NCBI RefSeq assembly: GCF_006345805.1
Contig: NC_043022.1
Location: forward strand, 16,244,001-16,308,000
Length of the DNA: 64,000 nucleotides
DNA from: Octopus sinensis
Taxonomy: Eukaryota
Direction of reading: 5' to 3'
Below are positions 50,546 through 62,970 of the stretch, piece by piece. Every line of letters starts with the position of its first letter. Position 1 is the stretch's first letter. A program made the translations under genes and the position numbers. The notes beneath the pieces are model-generated. The model searched no databases and was not told the DNA's origin. It saw only the letters and a list, made by a program, of their open reading frames with translations.

Positions 50546-53409
50546 ATTGCTCACATATAAATCAGAGATAATGTCATTGTTGCAGTGTTAGTTGTATCCT
50601 CTTCTTTAGATGCCATGTTCGTTACTCCATGGAATTGGTCTCTCCTAAAGACATTGGAATCTAAGTTCGAACCATTTGAGTGGTACTAAGTGTTTTCTAT
50701 ACTAGGAATCTCTGGTTCTCATCTGATGACTATATACATTCATATGTGTGTGTGTGTGTGTGTGTGGCCCCAATGGTTTTGGTGGGGTGGGAGTATTTGG
50801 ATCCATTTCCTGGACTGGGTAGCATGTTGTGTCCTTCACCATGGCTCATCATTTCACATTGTTCCAGTCTCCTCAGCTAAATATGAATACAATACAGTTG
50901 TGAAATGACCACCTCACCCTCCAGCTGCCATACCCCCTGACGTTCCATTAAGTTAGGCCACTGGAGGGAGAGTGTGTGACTAGAAGGAGGTCTGTGTCTA
51001 CTCACGACTACACAGGCACCTAAAACTGCAAAAGCACAGTACATGCTACCAGGTCACTTGCAACTGATGGCTATGGTTTGTGCATTTGTGTGTGTGAGTG
51101 TGTGTGTATGTGTGTGTGTGTGTGTGGTGTGTGTGTTTGTGTGTGTGTGTGTGTGAATTCAAGTTCTTGTGTTATTGAAGATTTCTCATTAATTAGCCAG
51201 TTGAGATATTTCAATTGATGAAGGTGGAAATGTTACCTCCTAAAACTAAGGCTGCCACTTTTGTCTCTCTTACTCTCTCCTTCACACTCATTCCTCTTCC
51301 TGGCTTTCATTCCATTCTACTCCCACTTTTCATGTTTCTTTAAGCAAACAAAATGAGATTGTTTAATGATTTTCAGCCAAAACAGCTCAAGTTCAAAAGA
51401 AAGTGAGGTATATAGTATAATGCTCTAGAGATCTCATTGGGAAATAGAAAAAGATATAATATCGAAATTATACACCTACACCACACACACAAACAACATA
51501 CAATAGCATTGCTTTTCTTTATTTTCCTTTGAACTTCAAATGTTTAGGTTGCCAGTCATTAAATAGTCTTATTTTCTCTGCTTTTGAAGATGTATAGCCA
51601 TGAGTTTAGTTTCTTTTCTATAGTGTTTCAAACTATTAAAATACTATTATATACACAGGCACACACAGAGAGATGTACACACTATAAACAGATACACACA
51701 TACATAGACATAAACATATAAACACACACACACACAGATATATGCATATACACACACACACCTATCTAACTACTTACCTTCCTACCTATAAATACACACA
51801 CACACACATACACATATATAAGCACACACGAATACATACATACGTACATAGCCTTTGATTAATAATAGAAGAAATACTTTAGATCTGTTAAGTATTAGCA
51901 GTTAGGAAGAAGCTAATATATAAAAGTATATTACTAATGATTCTTTTGCCAAAATGAGACCTATTGATTAGAAGAGGGTAAAGCTCTAATTTTTTTCACC
52001 TCACCTTTGAAGTAGTATCTCTATGTATGCATGACTACCTGCCACCCCCACCACAGTACACACACACACACACACACACGGAGTAGTCTATTTTCACTTA
52101 ACCTTTGGTCTCTGACTTGACTCCTGTTTCTACAATTCAACCCATGTCATATTGCTTTTCCCCTTTACTTCCGTCAGTGCTATTCTGCTGAGTTGACAAG
52201 TGTCTGAACCGAGGGTTATTCTGTTTCCACTGAAATTACAGATCAATGTTACAGCTCATTCAACTAAGCTGACATCTTCGTTGAAAGTGGAAGCTCATCA
52301 GTATTCAAGGAATGGCTAATACACAGGTTCAGTGAAGGCACATGGCTTAGTGGTTAGGTTATTTGGCTCGTGATTGTAAGGTTGTGAGTTCGATTCCCAG
52401 CAGTGCCTTCAGTCTTTGAGCCAGTACTTTATTTCCCATCGCTCCATTTCACTCAGCTGGCAAAAATAAGTAGTATCTGTATTTCAATGGGCCAACCTTG
52501 TGATGCTGAATCTCTTTATAGAACTATGTTAAGGGAACATGTATCTGTGGAATACTCAGCCACTTACATGTTAGTTTCATGAGCAAGCTGTTCTGTTGAT
52601 TGAATCAACTGGAACCCTCGTTGTCGTAACTGATGGAGTGATAGTTAATGCACAGGTTCAATTTGTATTTGGCTAAATGTCATTTAGACGTTTCTATCAT
52701 CAAGTACAGAAGGCTAGCTGGCAAAACTGTTGGCACACTGGGCCAAATGCTACGCTTAGAGGCATTTCATCTGTCTACTCATTCTGAGTTCAAATTCCAC
52801 TGAAGTCAACTTTTCCTTTTATCCTTTCGAGCTCAGTGAAATAAATACCAGTTGTGCAATGGGGTTGATCTAATTGATTGCCCCCATCCCCTCCAAATTT
52901 CAGGCCTTGTGCCTATTGCAGAAAGGATTGTTAAGTACAGAAAAAGGTGGTGGATTAGTAGAATTGTTTAGTGTTAGAAAAATGCCTTGTGGTATTTTCT
53001 CCTACTCTTTAGGTTCTGAGTTCAAATCCTGCTGAGGTCACCTTTGCTTTACATCCTTTTGGAATTTATAAAATAAAGTACCAGTCATGTACTGGGGTTT
53101 GCTGATATTGACTCAACCCTCCTAAAAAGTGGTTGTCAATTTTAAGAGGAGGGGCAAAGTCGATTACATCAACTTCAGTGCTCAGATGGTACTTGTTTTA
53201 CCAACCTGAAAGGTAGCATTTGAACTCAGGATGCAAAGAGCCAGAAGAAATATCACTAAGCATTTCTTCTCTGTGTGCTAATTATTCTTCCTGGTGGCCA
53301 CCTTTCCTGAAAGACAAAAAAAAAAACCATTATTAAGCACAGAAAGATAAAATGTTCTGTAATCTTAGCAAATGATGATATTAAAACATTGAACATACAG
53401 ACGGAGACA

Positions 53410-53673
53410 GTTTTATAGTTATAGACTTCTGTGTGTCTTTGTTCCACCTATTTGTCATGATAAACTTTATGTTGGTTAATGTTATCAATGGTGTGGAGTT
53501 TTATAGTGACAGACTGTCTATGTTTCAACTATTTGTTATGGTAAGTTTTATGTTGGTTAATATTATCAGTGATGTGCTATAGTTTTATAGCGACAGACTA
53601 TTGAATGTCTTTGTAGTACCTATTTGTCAAGATAAATTTTATGTTGGTTAATATTATCAATAATGTGCTCATA
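53410..53673. repeat. Degenerate tandem repeat, about 3 x 84-88 bp
   Basis: Units start with GTTTTATAG at 53410, 53498 and 53582 and share TTTATGTTGGTTAAT(G/A)TTATCA. Confidence 0.9.
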
Positions 53674-53973
53674 GACATATTTCCATTCATCCAATATCTT
53701 TTGATTTGTTTCGTGTCTATAAAGATAATTACTTCAGCAGCACAGTAATTTGGTATTAATAGTAACCACTGGACTAACAGCAGCAGCAGCAGCAGCAGCA
53801 GCGCATAAGTGTATATTTAGAAAGAGTGAATTCATCATTTGCTGTGTTGAGTCGTTAAAAAAGAAATAATGATTCATTTGTTTATTCATTAAAAAAACAA
53901 AAAAACGTTTACGACTCTTCATCTACAGATGAGCAAAAACTACATTTAACTCTGAAAACAAGAGTACACATAC

Positions 53974-54010
<37 letters not shown>

Positions 54011-54240
54011 CACACACACACACATGCATGCACACACACATGCACACTCACGATGGGCTTCTTTCAGTTTCTATGTATCCGAGCCACTCACAAGGCTTTG
54101 GTCAGCCTAGGGCTATAGTAGAAGACTATAGATGGGATACAGAGGAAGTGAACCCAAGACCACTGGATTGTGAAGCAAGCTTCTTAGCCACACAGCCACA
54201 CCTGCACCAATAAGATATAATAAAGAATATCTGCAATATA

Positions 54241-54641
54241 TCTTTATATATAAAAGTGAGGTTGTGTGCTGTCTGTTTCCTACGATTTAGATTCCTAACT
54301 ACTCCCACATTTTGCGGCGCAGTTTAACCAAAACCGGGTATCTTATAGTCGTGATTCATATCGAGCCCTTCTGGGTATTAGCTCGCGTCTACGATGAGTC
54401 TACAATTTTGAAAATAATTTACCATCATTTTTTTACATTTTAATGCATTTTTTTCGCTATTATATAAGGGAAGTAACTCTCTAAAAATGTCTACAATAAG
54501 TCAACGATTTAAAAATAATTTACCATCATTTTTTTCCATTTTTAATGCATTTTTTTTGCTATTTTTTGGCTATAACTCTCTAAAAATGCTTATATAGTTA
54601 TTTCCCTTACAAGCCCGAGCAACGCCAGGTGATACTGCTAG
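54241..54641 (+). mobile_element. Non-autonomous Helitron
   Basis: Starts A|TCTTTATATATAAAAG and ends with a GC-rich subterminal hairpin-like segment (GCCCGAGCAACGCCAGGT) followed by CTAG|T. No TSD; internal ~100-bp tandem duplication. Confidence 0.85.
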
Positions 54642-55190
54642 TTTCTTAATAAAATTGTCCCAACTATTCTGAATTCCTGCAAATTCCACCACTGTATTCT
54701 CAATAAACAGTATTAATGTTGCTAACCAATGATGTAGTTAAATTAAGATATCAGAGATTTGGAAAATTCCAACATGTTATATTTGCAAAATGTTACATTT
54801 ACAACATGTTATATTTACAACATGTTATATTTACTGCATGCTATATATTTAATATATTTAATAATTTCATTTGATAATTCATGTTCTGTAGCCATTGTGC
54901 AATGTTGTATGTTGGGAATTGACGAAGGGAATAGGATTTTCTCTGAGGAATAGAGTGTTAATAGTGTGCATACAATTGCAGCTGGCAATCAACAATGCGA
55001 TATGCTGGTTGCAATAAGGGTCGCATTCATCTCTGGTAAAAGTATTTAACTCCACCTGGAGATCCAGACTGGAAGAGCAGGTACCTGTAGCTAATTAGGC
55101 AGGCTGGAGAGAGAATTACCTCCCTTCCCTTATAACGGAGATGTTACAAGGATTAAACAGGTGACCGAGTTGATGTGCAGATCCAGGGTG

Positions 55191-55915
55191 GAGGCACATG
55201 GCTTAGTGGTTAGGGGTGTTTGACTCTAGACTATAAGGTTGTGAGTAAGATTCCTGGTGGTGTATCTGTCCTTAAGCAAGAGGTTTTATTTCACATTGCT
55301 CCAGTGAGTGGCTGTGTGGTAAGTAGCTTGCTAACCAACCACATGGTTCCGGGTTCAGTCCCACTGCGTGGCATCTTGGGCAAGTGTCTTCTGCTATATC
55401 CCCGGGCCGACCAATGCCTTGTGAGTGGATTTAGTAGACAGAAACTGAAAGAAGCCTGTCGTATATATGTATATGTATGTGTGTATATGTTTGTGTGTCT
55501 GTGTTTGTCCCCCTAGCATTGCTTGACAACTGATGCTGGTGTGTTTACGTCCCCGTCGCTTAGCGGTTCGGCAAAAGAGACCGATAGAATAAGTACTGGG
55601 CTTACAAAGAATAAGTCCCGGGGTCGATTTGCTCGACTAAAGGCAGTGCTCCAGCATGGCTGCAGTCAAATGACTGAAACAAATAAAAGAGAGAAAAGAG
55701 AGAGAGTCCACTCAGCTGGCAAAAATGAGCTGTACCTGTAATTCACAAGGGGCCAGCCTTGTCACATCCTTCTGTCATACTGAATCTCCCTGAGAACTAG
55801 TTTAAGGTCCATGTATCTGTCTAATGCTCAGTCTCTTGCATGTTAACTTGGTGAGCAGAATGTTCTGCTGATTGGATCAACTGGAACACTTGTCTTTGTA
55901 AACGATGGAGTCCCA
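55191..55915 (+). mobile_element. SINE family D copy interrupted by a family A SINE
   Basis: ...ACATTGCTCCAGT | 400-bp insert | GTCCACTCAGCTGGCAAAAATGAG rejoins into the family D sequence seen at 2851 and 52332. Confidence 0.85.
55306..55705 (+). mobile_element. SINE family A, full-length young copy
   Basis: Near-identical reverse complement of the 29565 and 34861 copies. Confidence 0.92.
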
Positions 55916-56559
55916 CTTCCAAGTCAATCTTGATCAAGCAAACCCATCAATGGCATTCCAATCATGACCATTCCATTTGTTGGAAGTATCTATCACCGTA
56001 TTACTTTGTGCTTCCTTCAATTTTCCTTTCCTCTTTTAAAATGAAATGCGATGAGGGAGATTTGGTTGATATTTCCAGCTGCTCAAGCATCCAACAATTG
56101 GTTCCCTTGGCTCATGTTTGACCAAATAAGCAGTGCTTCTGTACTTAATGTTGCAGGTATTTCAATATTCCATCTCAGAGCACAATAGTTGAGTGGATTG
56201 TGTTAATCTCTGAAAACAGGTACAAAGAACATAAAAGGTCTTTAGGAAAACTACCTCAGACTACTTCAACATAGAGTAAGAATGAAAAGTGTATGCACCA
56301 TAGACACTTCCCATAAGGCATTTCTATCTCAGTGACCTTTAAAGGTTAAATAAATAGGTTTAACTTCCTTTTTCTTTCTTGGCTTTCTCCCTAACCTGCT
56401 AAAGAATTGTAGAATTTCTAGTTTGCTGGTTTGTTAATCAATTCCCAGATAAGTTATGAACATACAACACTTTGAACTGCATAAACACAAATATTTGGTG
56501 AAATATATTTTATTGCCTTAAGATTTTTGTTTGCCTTCTATACTATAAAAATGATAGCA

Positions 56560-56591
<32 letters not shown>

Positions 56592-58786
56592 CTATTTATG
56601 TTTGTGTGTGTGTGGATAGCACAGAAATGCATATATCCATACATAACCAAGAAGCATAATATTTTAAGCTTTCAAGCAATAAGTTATTGAAGATACCTTG
56701 CTTTATCTTTTTTTTTGAGAGCAAGTGACAAGGAGCTCTTGCTTTCTACAGACGAGGCCTACCCGACCAACCACCCCACCACAATTTTTGTCTTGTGGTC
56801 TGTAAAGAAATCAATTTGCTATGATTTTTCCTTTTCTTCAAACAGAATACAAATAATTGCTGTGTATGAAAACACACACACACACACACACATGCACGCA
56901 CACGCACACTAACACACACACACACACAGAAAGCAAATCAATTGTCCTCTGTCCAATTGTGGATTGTGTTCTGAAAGTAAACGTTTCCATTGCTGTTGTA
57001 GAATGCCTCCATTCAAGATGATGATGTTTGCTGAATAGAAATTAATTTTCTTAAAGGTTGAATACGTTCCTACATTTCTACTTCACTGGATTCCATTTAT
57101 TAACTTTTATAGAATCATTTTATTTGATTTCTATTGTTAAAATTTCGGTATTTTTATCTCACATCATATATATGTATATATATAAATACACACTCACACA
57201 TATGTACACACACACACATATATATATTGTACATATATATATATATATATAGATAAATATATACACAAGCATACACAGTTTGCCAGTTTGTGTATGCGTA
57301 TAGACATACATATATCTTTTGTGCATGTGTATTGACATAGAAAGATAGATAGGACAGTCGATTAGGAGAATCAACAGAATGTTAGACAAATGTTTTAATG
57401 CCCTTCTTAATGCCAACCACTTTACAGAGAGTAATGGGATCCTTTTATTAAGACACCAGCATATGAGAGGTTGTCATGCCCTTCACAAGACTAAGGAGTC
57501 CTCTCAATCCCACATTTTCGCTCACTTGTTAACCACTTTCCAATATTTACTTACCTTTATTGTTTAGTGATCCCAAATATCTACTCACACACATTCAATT
57601 CTTGTCTATGATTCAGTGTAGGATCTTGTTTCCTAATGAAGTGTTCCTCTTCTTACTGGAGGTTTTTAATATCTGTATCTTTAGCTAAAACCTATGTTTG
57701 TATATTTGTTTTGTTACTGTGTGCTGGGGTGCTATGCTGAGTATTATTGTAGTCGCCAATGTTTCAACAATGTTTTGTTAATCCTAAGAATGTTCCTCCA
57801 TTTTAGAAGTTAACATCATCAAAGTAGGAAATTTACTGCAATATCCATCACCCAGCACATACAGAGGCTATGGACCACATTTTTTTTTTTTCGTTTTTTT
57901 GAAATGTGTGTGCATCAAAGGAATAGACAAATCCACAGACCATGTAAAAAGGTGTAGACTAACAGAGGCAGCAACAAAGGCAGGGAAATAGAGAAATACT
58001 ACAAAAATTGAGTTAACATCAATCTGCTGTCTTATGGTGGTGAGCTGGTAAAATCATTAGCAGGCTAGGTGAAATGCTTAGCTGTGTTCCGTCCATCTTT
58101 ACATTCGGAGTTCAATTCTGCTGAGGTTCACTTTGCTTTCCATCCCTTCAAGGCCAAGAAAACAAGTACCAGTTCAGAACTGTTGTAATCAGGTTAACTA
58201 CTCCTGAGTATGAGTATAAAAACAGCATCCCTCTGCCAAGCAATATTGAGCCAGTGTGGCTGAACAGACTCATGAAACTAGTATGATCTGAAGCTCAAAT
58301 TCATGGCCTCTACATCAGACCATGGTTGGTGGAGAGAACTTGTTGGAGCCCTCATCCTGCTGTGGGCTGAACATGGGCAATCCAGTCCAATGCAAGTATT
58401 GTCTCCTGACCTGAGACTGAGGGGCTAGTTAGCCGATTTCCATGGTAAGTGACCAAGATCACAACACATCTCCTGAACAGGATGCTGGTCTGTCACAAGG
58501 TTTATTCATTTACACCTGAGTGGACTGAAGCAGAATGAAATGAAGGAATTTGAAACCAAGATCTTGCCGTCATGATTGCAGTGTCCTAACCACTAGGCCA
58601 TGCCCCTTCACTATATTACAATGAGCAGATAGGGAACTGGCTGTAAAGCTGTCTTAGGAGATTTCATCTTCATGTCAGACTAACAAGGTGTGGCTACACT
58701 CTGAGACAATACCTGCCATCAAGAGAGAACAACACAAGAGATATGCTTAAAAACTAACGTTATTTATAAGTTGACATTCCTATAAT

Positions 58787-58843
<57 letters not shown>

Positions 58844-59351
58844 TACATTGAATCAATATAATGGAAGTTACATATCACAATGTGTGAACACTTTCGCAAG
58901 GCAGCAACACTCAGTATTTCGACAGAGAGGAACATGCCAAAGAAATAAATAAAAACATGTCTTAGCCAAATACACACACACACCCACACACACACACATT
59001 CATGCATGCATGCATACACTATAAATCTCAGGATTCTAGAGGTCCACTTCATTAGGAAACAAAAAGCCGTTATGTACTGCATCTGTAAAGCTCTCTAAGC
59101 CTCGTGTGTCTGATATCCAAAACTATCGATATATCAATGAGAACAAAAATAAGCTTGTCAGGGTTATGAACCTGAAAGGGCTGGTGATTAAAGGTTGAGC
59201 AATAAATCTTTAAGTAGCAGCAAGGATTCCAGTCAACACTTATTTGAAACGCTTACATTTTTTTTGTTGTTTTTAGTTTGTTGTTTTATTTCTATGTCAT
59301 TTTGCTGTCAGTCACACATAACTACTCCCAAATCCTACCTACAACACATAC

Positions 59352-59388
<37 letters not shown>

Positions 59389-59838
59389 CACATACATACA
59401 CACACACAAAGGTACATGAATATTTGTATATAATACATACACGTACGTAAATATATGTATATAATACACATGCACACACACACAACATATATGCATACGC
59501 ACACGTATGTATATAGTCACATGCATACACACACACACATTCATATATACACATTTACATATGGACATAAGCACATATATATGTGCCCACAGCCCCTTGG
59601 TAGCCCCTAAATACATTTATATGTGTGTAATGGAAGAGAATAGGGGTTGTACAGATATCTAAATAAGTATCAAAGTGGAATGTATGTGTATTGGGTGAGT
59701 ACTAAGTAAGGACATTGGTGAGATCTCAATGAGTGAAGATGGTACATACCTGGGCGTTTGTGTTGAAACTCAGGTAGTCTAGAGTTCACAGTGTATGGGG
59801 GAAACAATGTGAGAGGGATGTAATTCTAGCTTTGTTAA

Positions 59839-59995
59839 CCCCTTACCCGGCAGAAAAAGATAGACTCGCCAAAATCGACAGCAAACGAGTTCCTTCGTCT
59901 ATTATAAAAAATATGTCATATTATAAAAAATATGTCATATAAAAAATATGTCTGAAAAAATACATTTATTTTCAAAATAATTGTTGGGTAAGGGG
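59839..59995. mobile_element. piggyBac-type MITE family 2
   Basis: TTAA at 59835-59838 and 59996-59999; 10-bp perfect TIR CCCCTTACCC/GGGTAAGGGG; internal 19-bp unit ATTATAAAAAATATGTCAT repeated about 3 times. Confidence 0.88.
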
Positions 59996-60615
59996 TTAAG
60001 GATGTGAGGTAGAGTATTTAGAGTAATCAGTAACCACTGAGTCTGAGTGTTCTAGTTGAGTGCAGCTCATCTTCAAGAGTGGCGTGATAGTGTTTTCTTG
60101 ATGTGAGTAGAAAGTACTGAGCTATTTTGTGCACGCTTTTACTTGTTTCAGTCATTTGACTGTGGCCATGCTGGAGCACCGCCTTTAGTCGAGTAAATTG
60201 ACCCCAGGACTTATTCTTTGTAAGCCTAGTACTTATTCTAACGTAAACACACCAGTATTGATGGTCAAGCGATGTTGGGGGGACAAACACAGACACACAA
60301 ACATATACACACAAATACATACATATATATATATATATAAATATATACGATGGGATTCTTTCAGTTTCCATCGACCAAATCCACTCACAAGGCTTTGGTC
60401 AGCCCAAGGCTATAATAGAAGACACTTGTCCAAGGTGCCAGGCAGTGGGACTGAACCGGAATCATGTGGTTGGTAAGCAAGCAACTTACCACACAGCCCG
60501 TTCTGTTGCTTGTCTCAACTGGAACCCTTCTCCTCATAACCAATGGAGTGCCAGTGGTCAGTAAAACACAAACAAACAAACAATAAAACAAAGCAAAATA
60601 ACCCCATAATTTCAG

Positions 60616-60671
60616 ATTTTCATGTACGAAGACTAGTGTGGTATGACAAAAATGCCTTACTTGGAAAAACC
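60616..60671 (+). other. Candidate 56-nt exon
   Basis: CATAATTTCAG acceptor, GTAAGG donor, open frame FHVRRLVWYDKNALLGKT. Confidence 0.25.
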
Positions 60672-60984
60672 GTAAGGACTGTGGATGAAAATATGCTGCA
60701 ACAGATGTCATCCAACCAATGCTGGAGTGGAAAAAATTAACACAAAACTGAGCCAAAGAAATGACTGAATCTATGTTGATCTGATCATTGGAAGATTGAT
60801 CTTGTTCAGAAGGCTTCAGTGTTTATGTTCTGCGACTTCAACAGCAGAAGTCATATTTGTATTTTACAGGAATAATAACCTCTTTAGAGTGAGTTGCAAA
60901 TTTATAACACAAACACATTAACATTTATATATTTGCTTCTTTATTACTCACCAGTGCTTGAGTGTGTGTCTGGATTATGTGTCT

Positions 60985-61211
60985 GCATAAGTGTGTGTGT
61001 GTGTGTGTGTGGTGGGTGTGTGGTGTGTATGTGTGTGTGTGTTGTGTATGTGTGTGTGTATGTGTGTGTGTGTATGTGTATGTGTGTGTGTGGTGTGTGT
61101 GTGTGTGGTGTGTGTGTGTGTGGTGTGTGTGTTTGTGTGTATGTGTGTGTGTGGTGTGTGTGTATGTGTGTGTGTGTATGTGTGTCTGTGTGGTGTGTTT
61201 GTGGTGTGTGT
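60985..61211. repeat. Interrupted (TG)n array
   Basis: Direct reading. Confidence 0.95.
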
Positions 61212-62868
61212 ACTCAAATAATTCAAAAGATTTTTTTTTAAAGACATAATTACAATGGCGAGGTAATTCAAGATTCCATCTTGTTTATTTTTTCCTTTTT
61301 CTTCTGTTATTTTCCAAGGACTAAAGTGGAATATACAGACCAAGAATTTCTACCAGGATTATAAAAGAAAATAACAAATATATATATATATATATATGTA
61401 AACAACTAAAAATAATGTTGGCATTGTTATCTTCATTCTTTGTGATTATCTTTTCAATTTAGATATTACTGTATTTATATACATATTGTTTTTTAGTAAA
61501 TAACAAATGAAAATGGCTTGCATTGATGAGTCCTATTTTTCTCCTTTACGAGCTATTACTTAATCCTTGTAGGTATTTTTAAAATCTATTTCTTCCTCTC
61601 TTTTTTTTTTATGATTCTTAGTATTAAAACTCCACTACAAGCATTAGATATAAATATACAGGTTTCTATGACTTTTTCTAGTGCATTATAAAAGAATTGG
61701 TGCATAAGATTTGTTATTAAGCGTAGAACACACATATATAAAATGCCAGTGTGTGTGCGTTACATATATATATATATTTTGTGTATACATATATATATGT
61801 ATATATATATATATGTGTGTGTGTATATATATTTGTATGTATATGTGTGCAGGTATATAGATATTTATACACATACACACACACATACACACACATTAAT
61901 GTGTATACAGACATTTTTCTTGTTTTGTTTACCGTCTTTCATTTCATAAATCCAAAGACAGAGAAAATAATCTCTTTTAAATATATTTTTGTTTCTCAGA
62001 CGTGTGTGTGTGTGTGTGTATGTGTGTTCAAGAGACCCTGATTTTTGTGTTTGTGAGTGTGTGTGTACATGTGTGTGGGTATACTGTTTGAAAACCCTGG
62101 GAAGTAAACAGGTATTGTCATTGATTAATATACTCAACAAAATTCTAATAACTCACTATCACTGAAGGCCATATTTGGATTGGATTGGATTGGATTGGAA
62201 TGCTCATGTTCAGTCTACTGCAGGACAAAGTTCTCAGCATGTCCCCCCCCCCAACTACAGTCTAATATGGAGGTTGTGAATTTGAGCTTGAGATCATAAT
62301 GGTTCGATGAACCCACTCTGCTACACTGGTTTGACATGGTTTGGCAGAAGGGTGCAGCTTTTATACCCTTACCTAGGAGTAGTTAAGTTGATTATGTTGA
62401 CCCCGTATTCAACTAGTACTTATTTTTGTTGACCCCGAAAGGATGACAGGCAGAGTCATACCTTGGTGAAATCCAAAAGTCACACACACATACACACACA
62501 CACACCTCTCGACAAGGATCTGAAGTACAGACAACAGCAAGTTGCCACTGTTGTCAGAATTGGTTGGAATCATAGATTTTAAGCTTTAACTTGCTGATTA
62601 TAAATCTTAAGTTTTTGAAAATGAAAACTAGTGTTGTGTTAGTCTTACTAAAATAAACAAGTCAGTGTCCTGCCCATCCCTAAATCAATCAGTAATAACT
62701 TTATTAACTCTATATGTTTATAATAAGTTAATATGCTTAAAACATAGTTAGTCATGCTGCAAAATAATGATTTTGTGATTACCTAACGAGGAAGCCAATA
62801 AGCTCCTGAAACTGGCTACAAATTTGTTGTTAGTATGAATTACTGAAAGTATCTGAAGTTGCCATCTG

Positions 62869-62871
<3 letters not shown>

Positions 62872-62926
<55 letters not shown>

Positions 62927-62970
62927 CATTATTATCATTATTATTATTATGATGATGATGATGATGATGT
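62872..62970. repeat. (ATT)n/(GAT)n microsatellite
   Basis: Direct reading. Confidence 0.95.

Noticed and set aside
52336-52405. tRNA-like sequence with A and B boxes
   Set aside because: It is a SINE head. The cloverleaf and acceptor stem cannot be completed and it runs into family D body sequence.
53734-53760. CAGCAGCACAGTAATTTGG, resembling miR-15/16 family sequence
   Set aside because: No complementary arm, so no hairpin.
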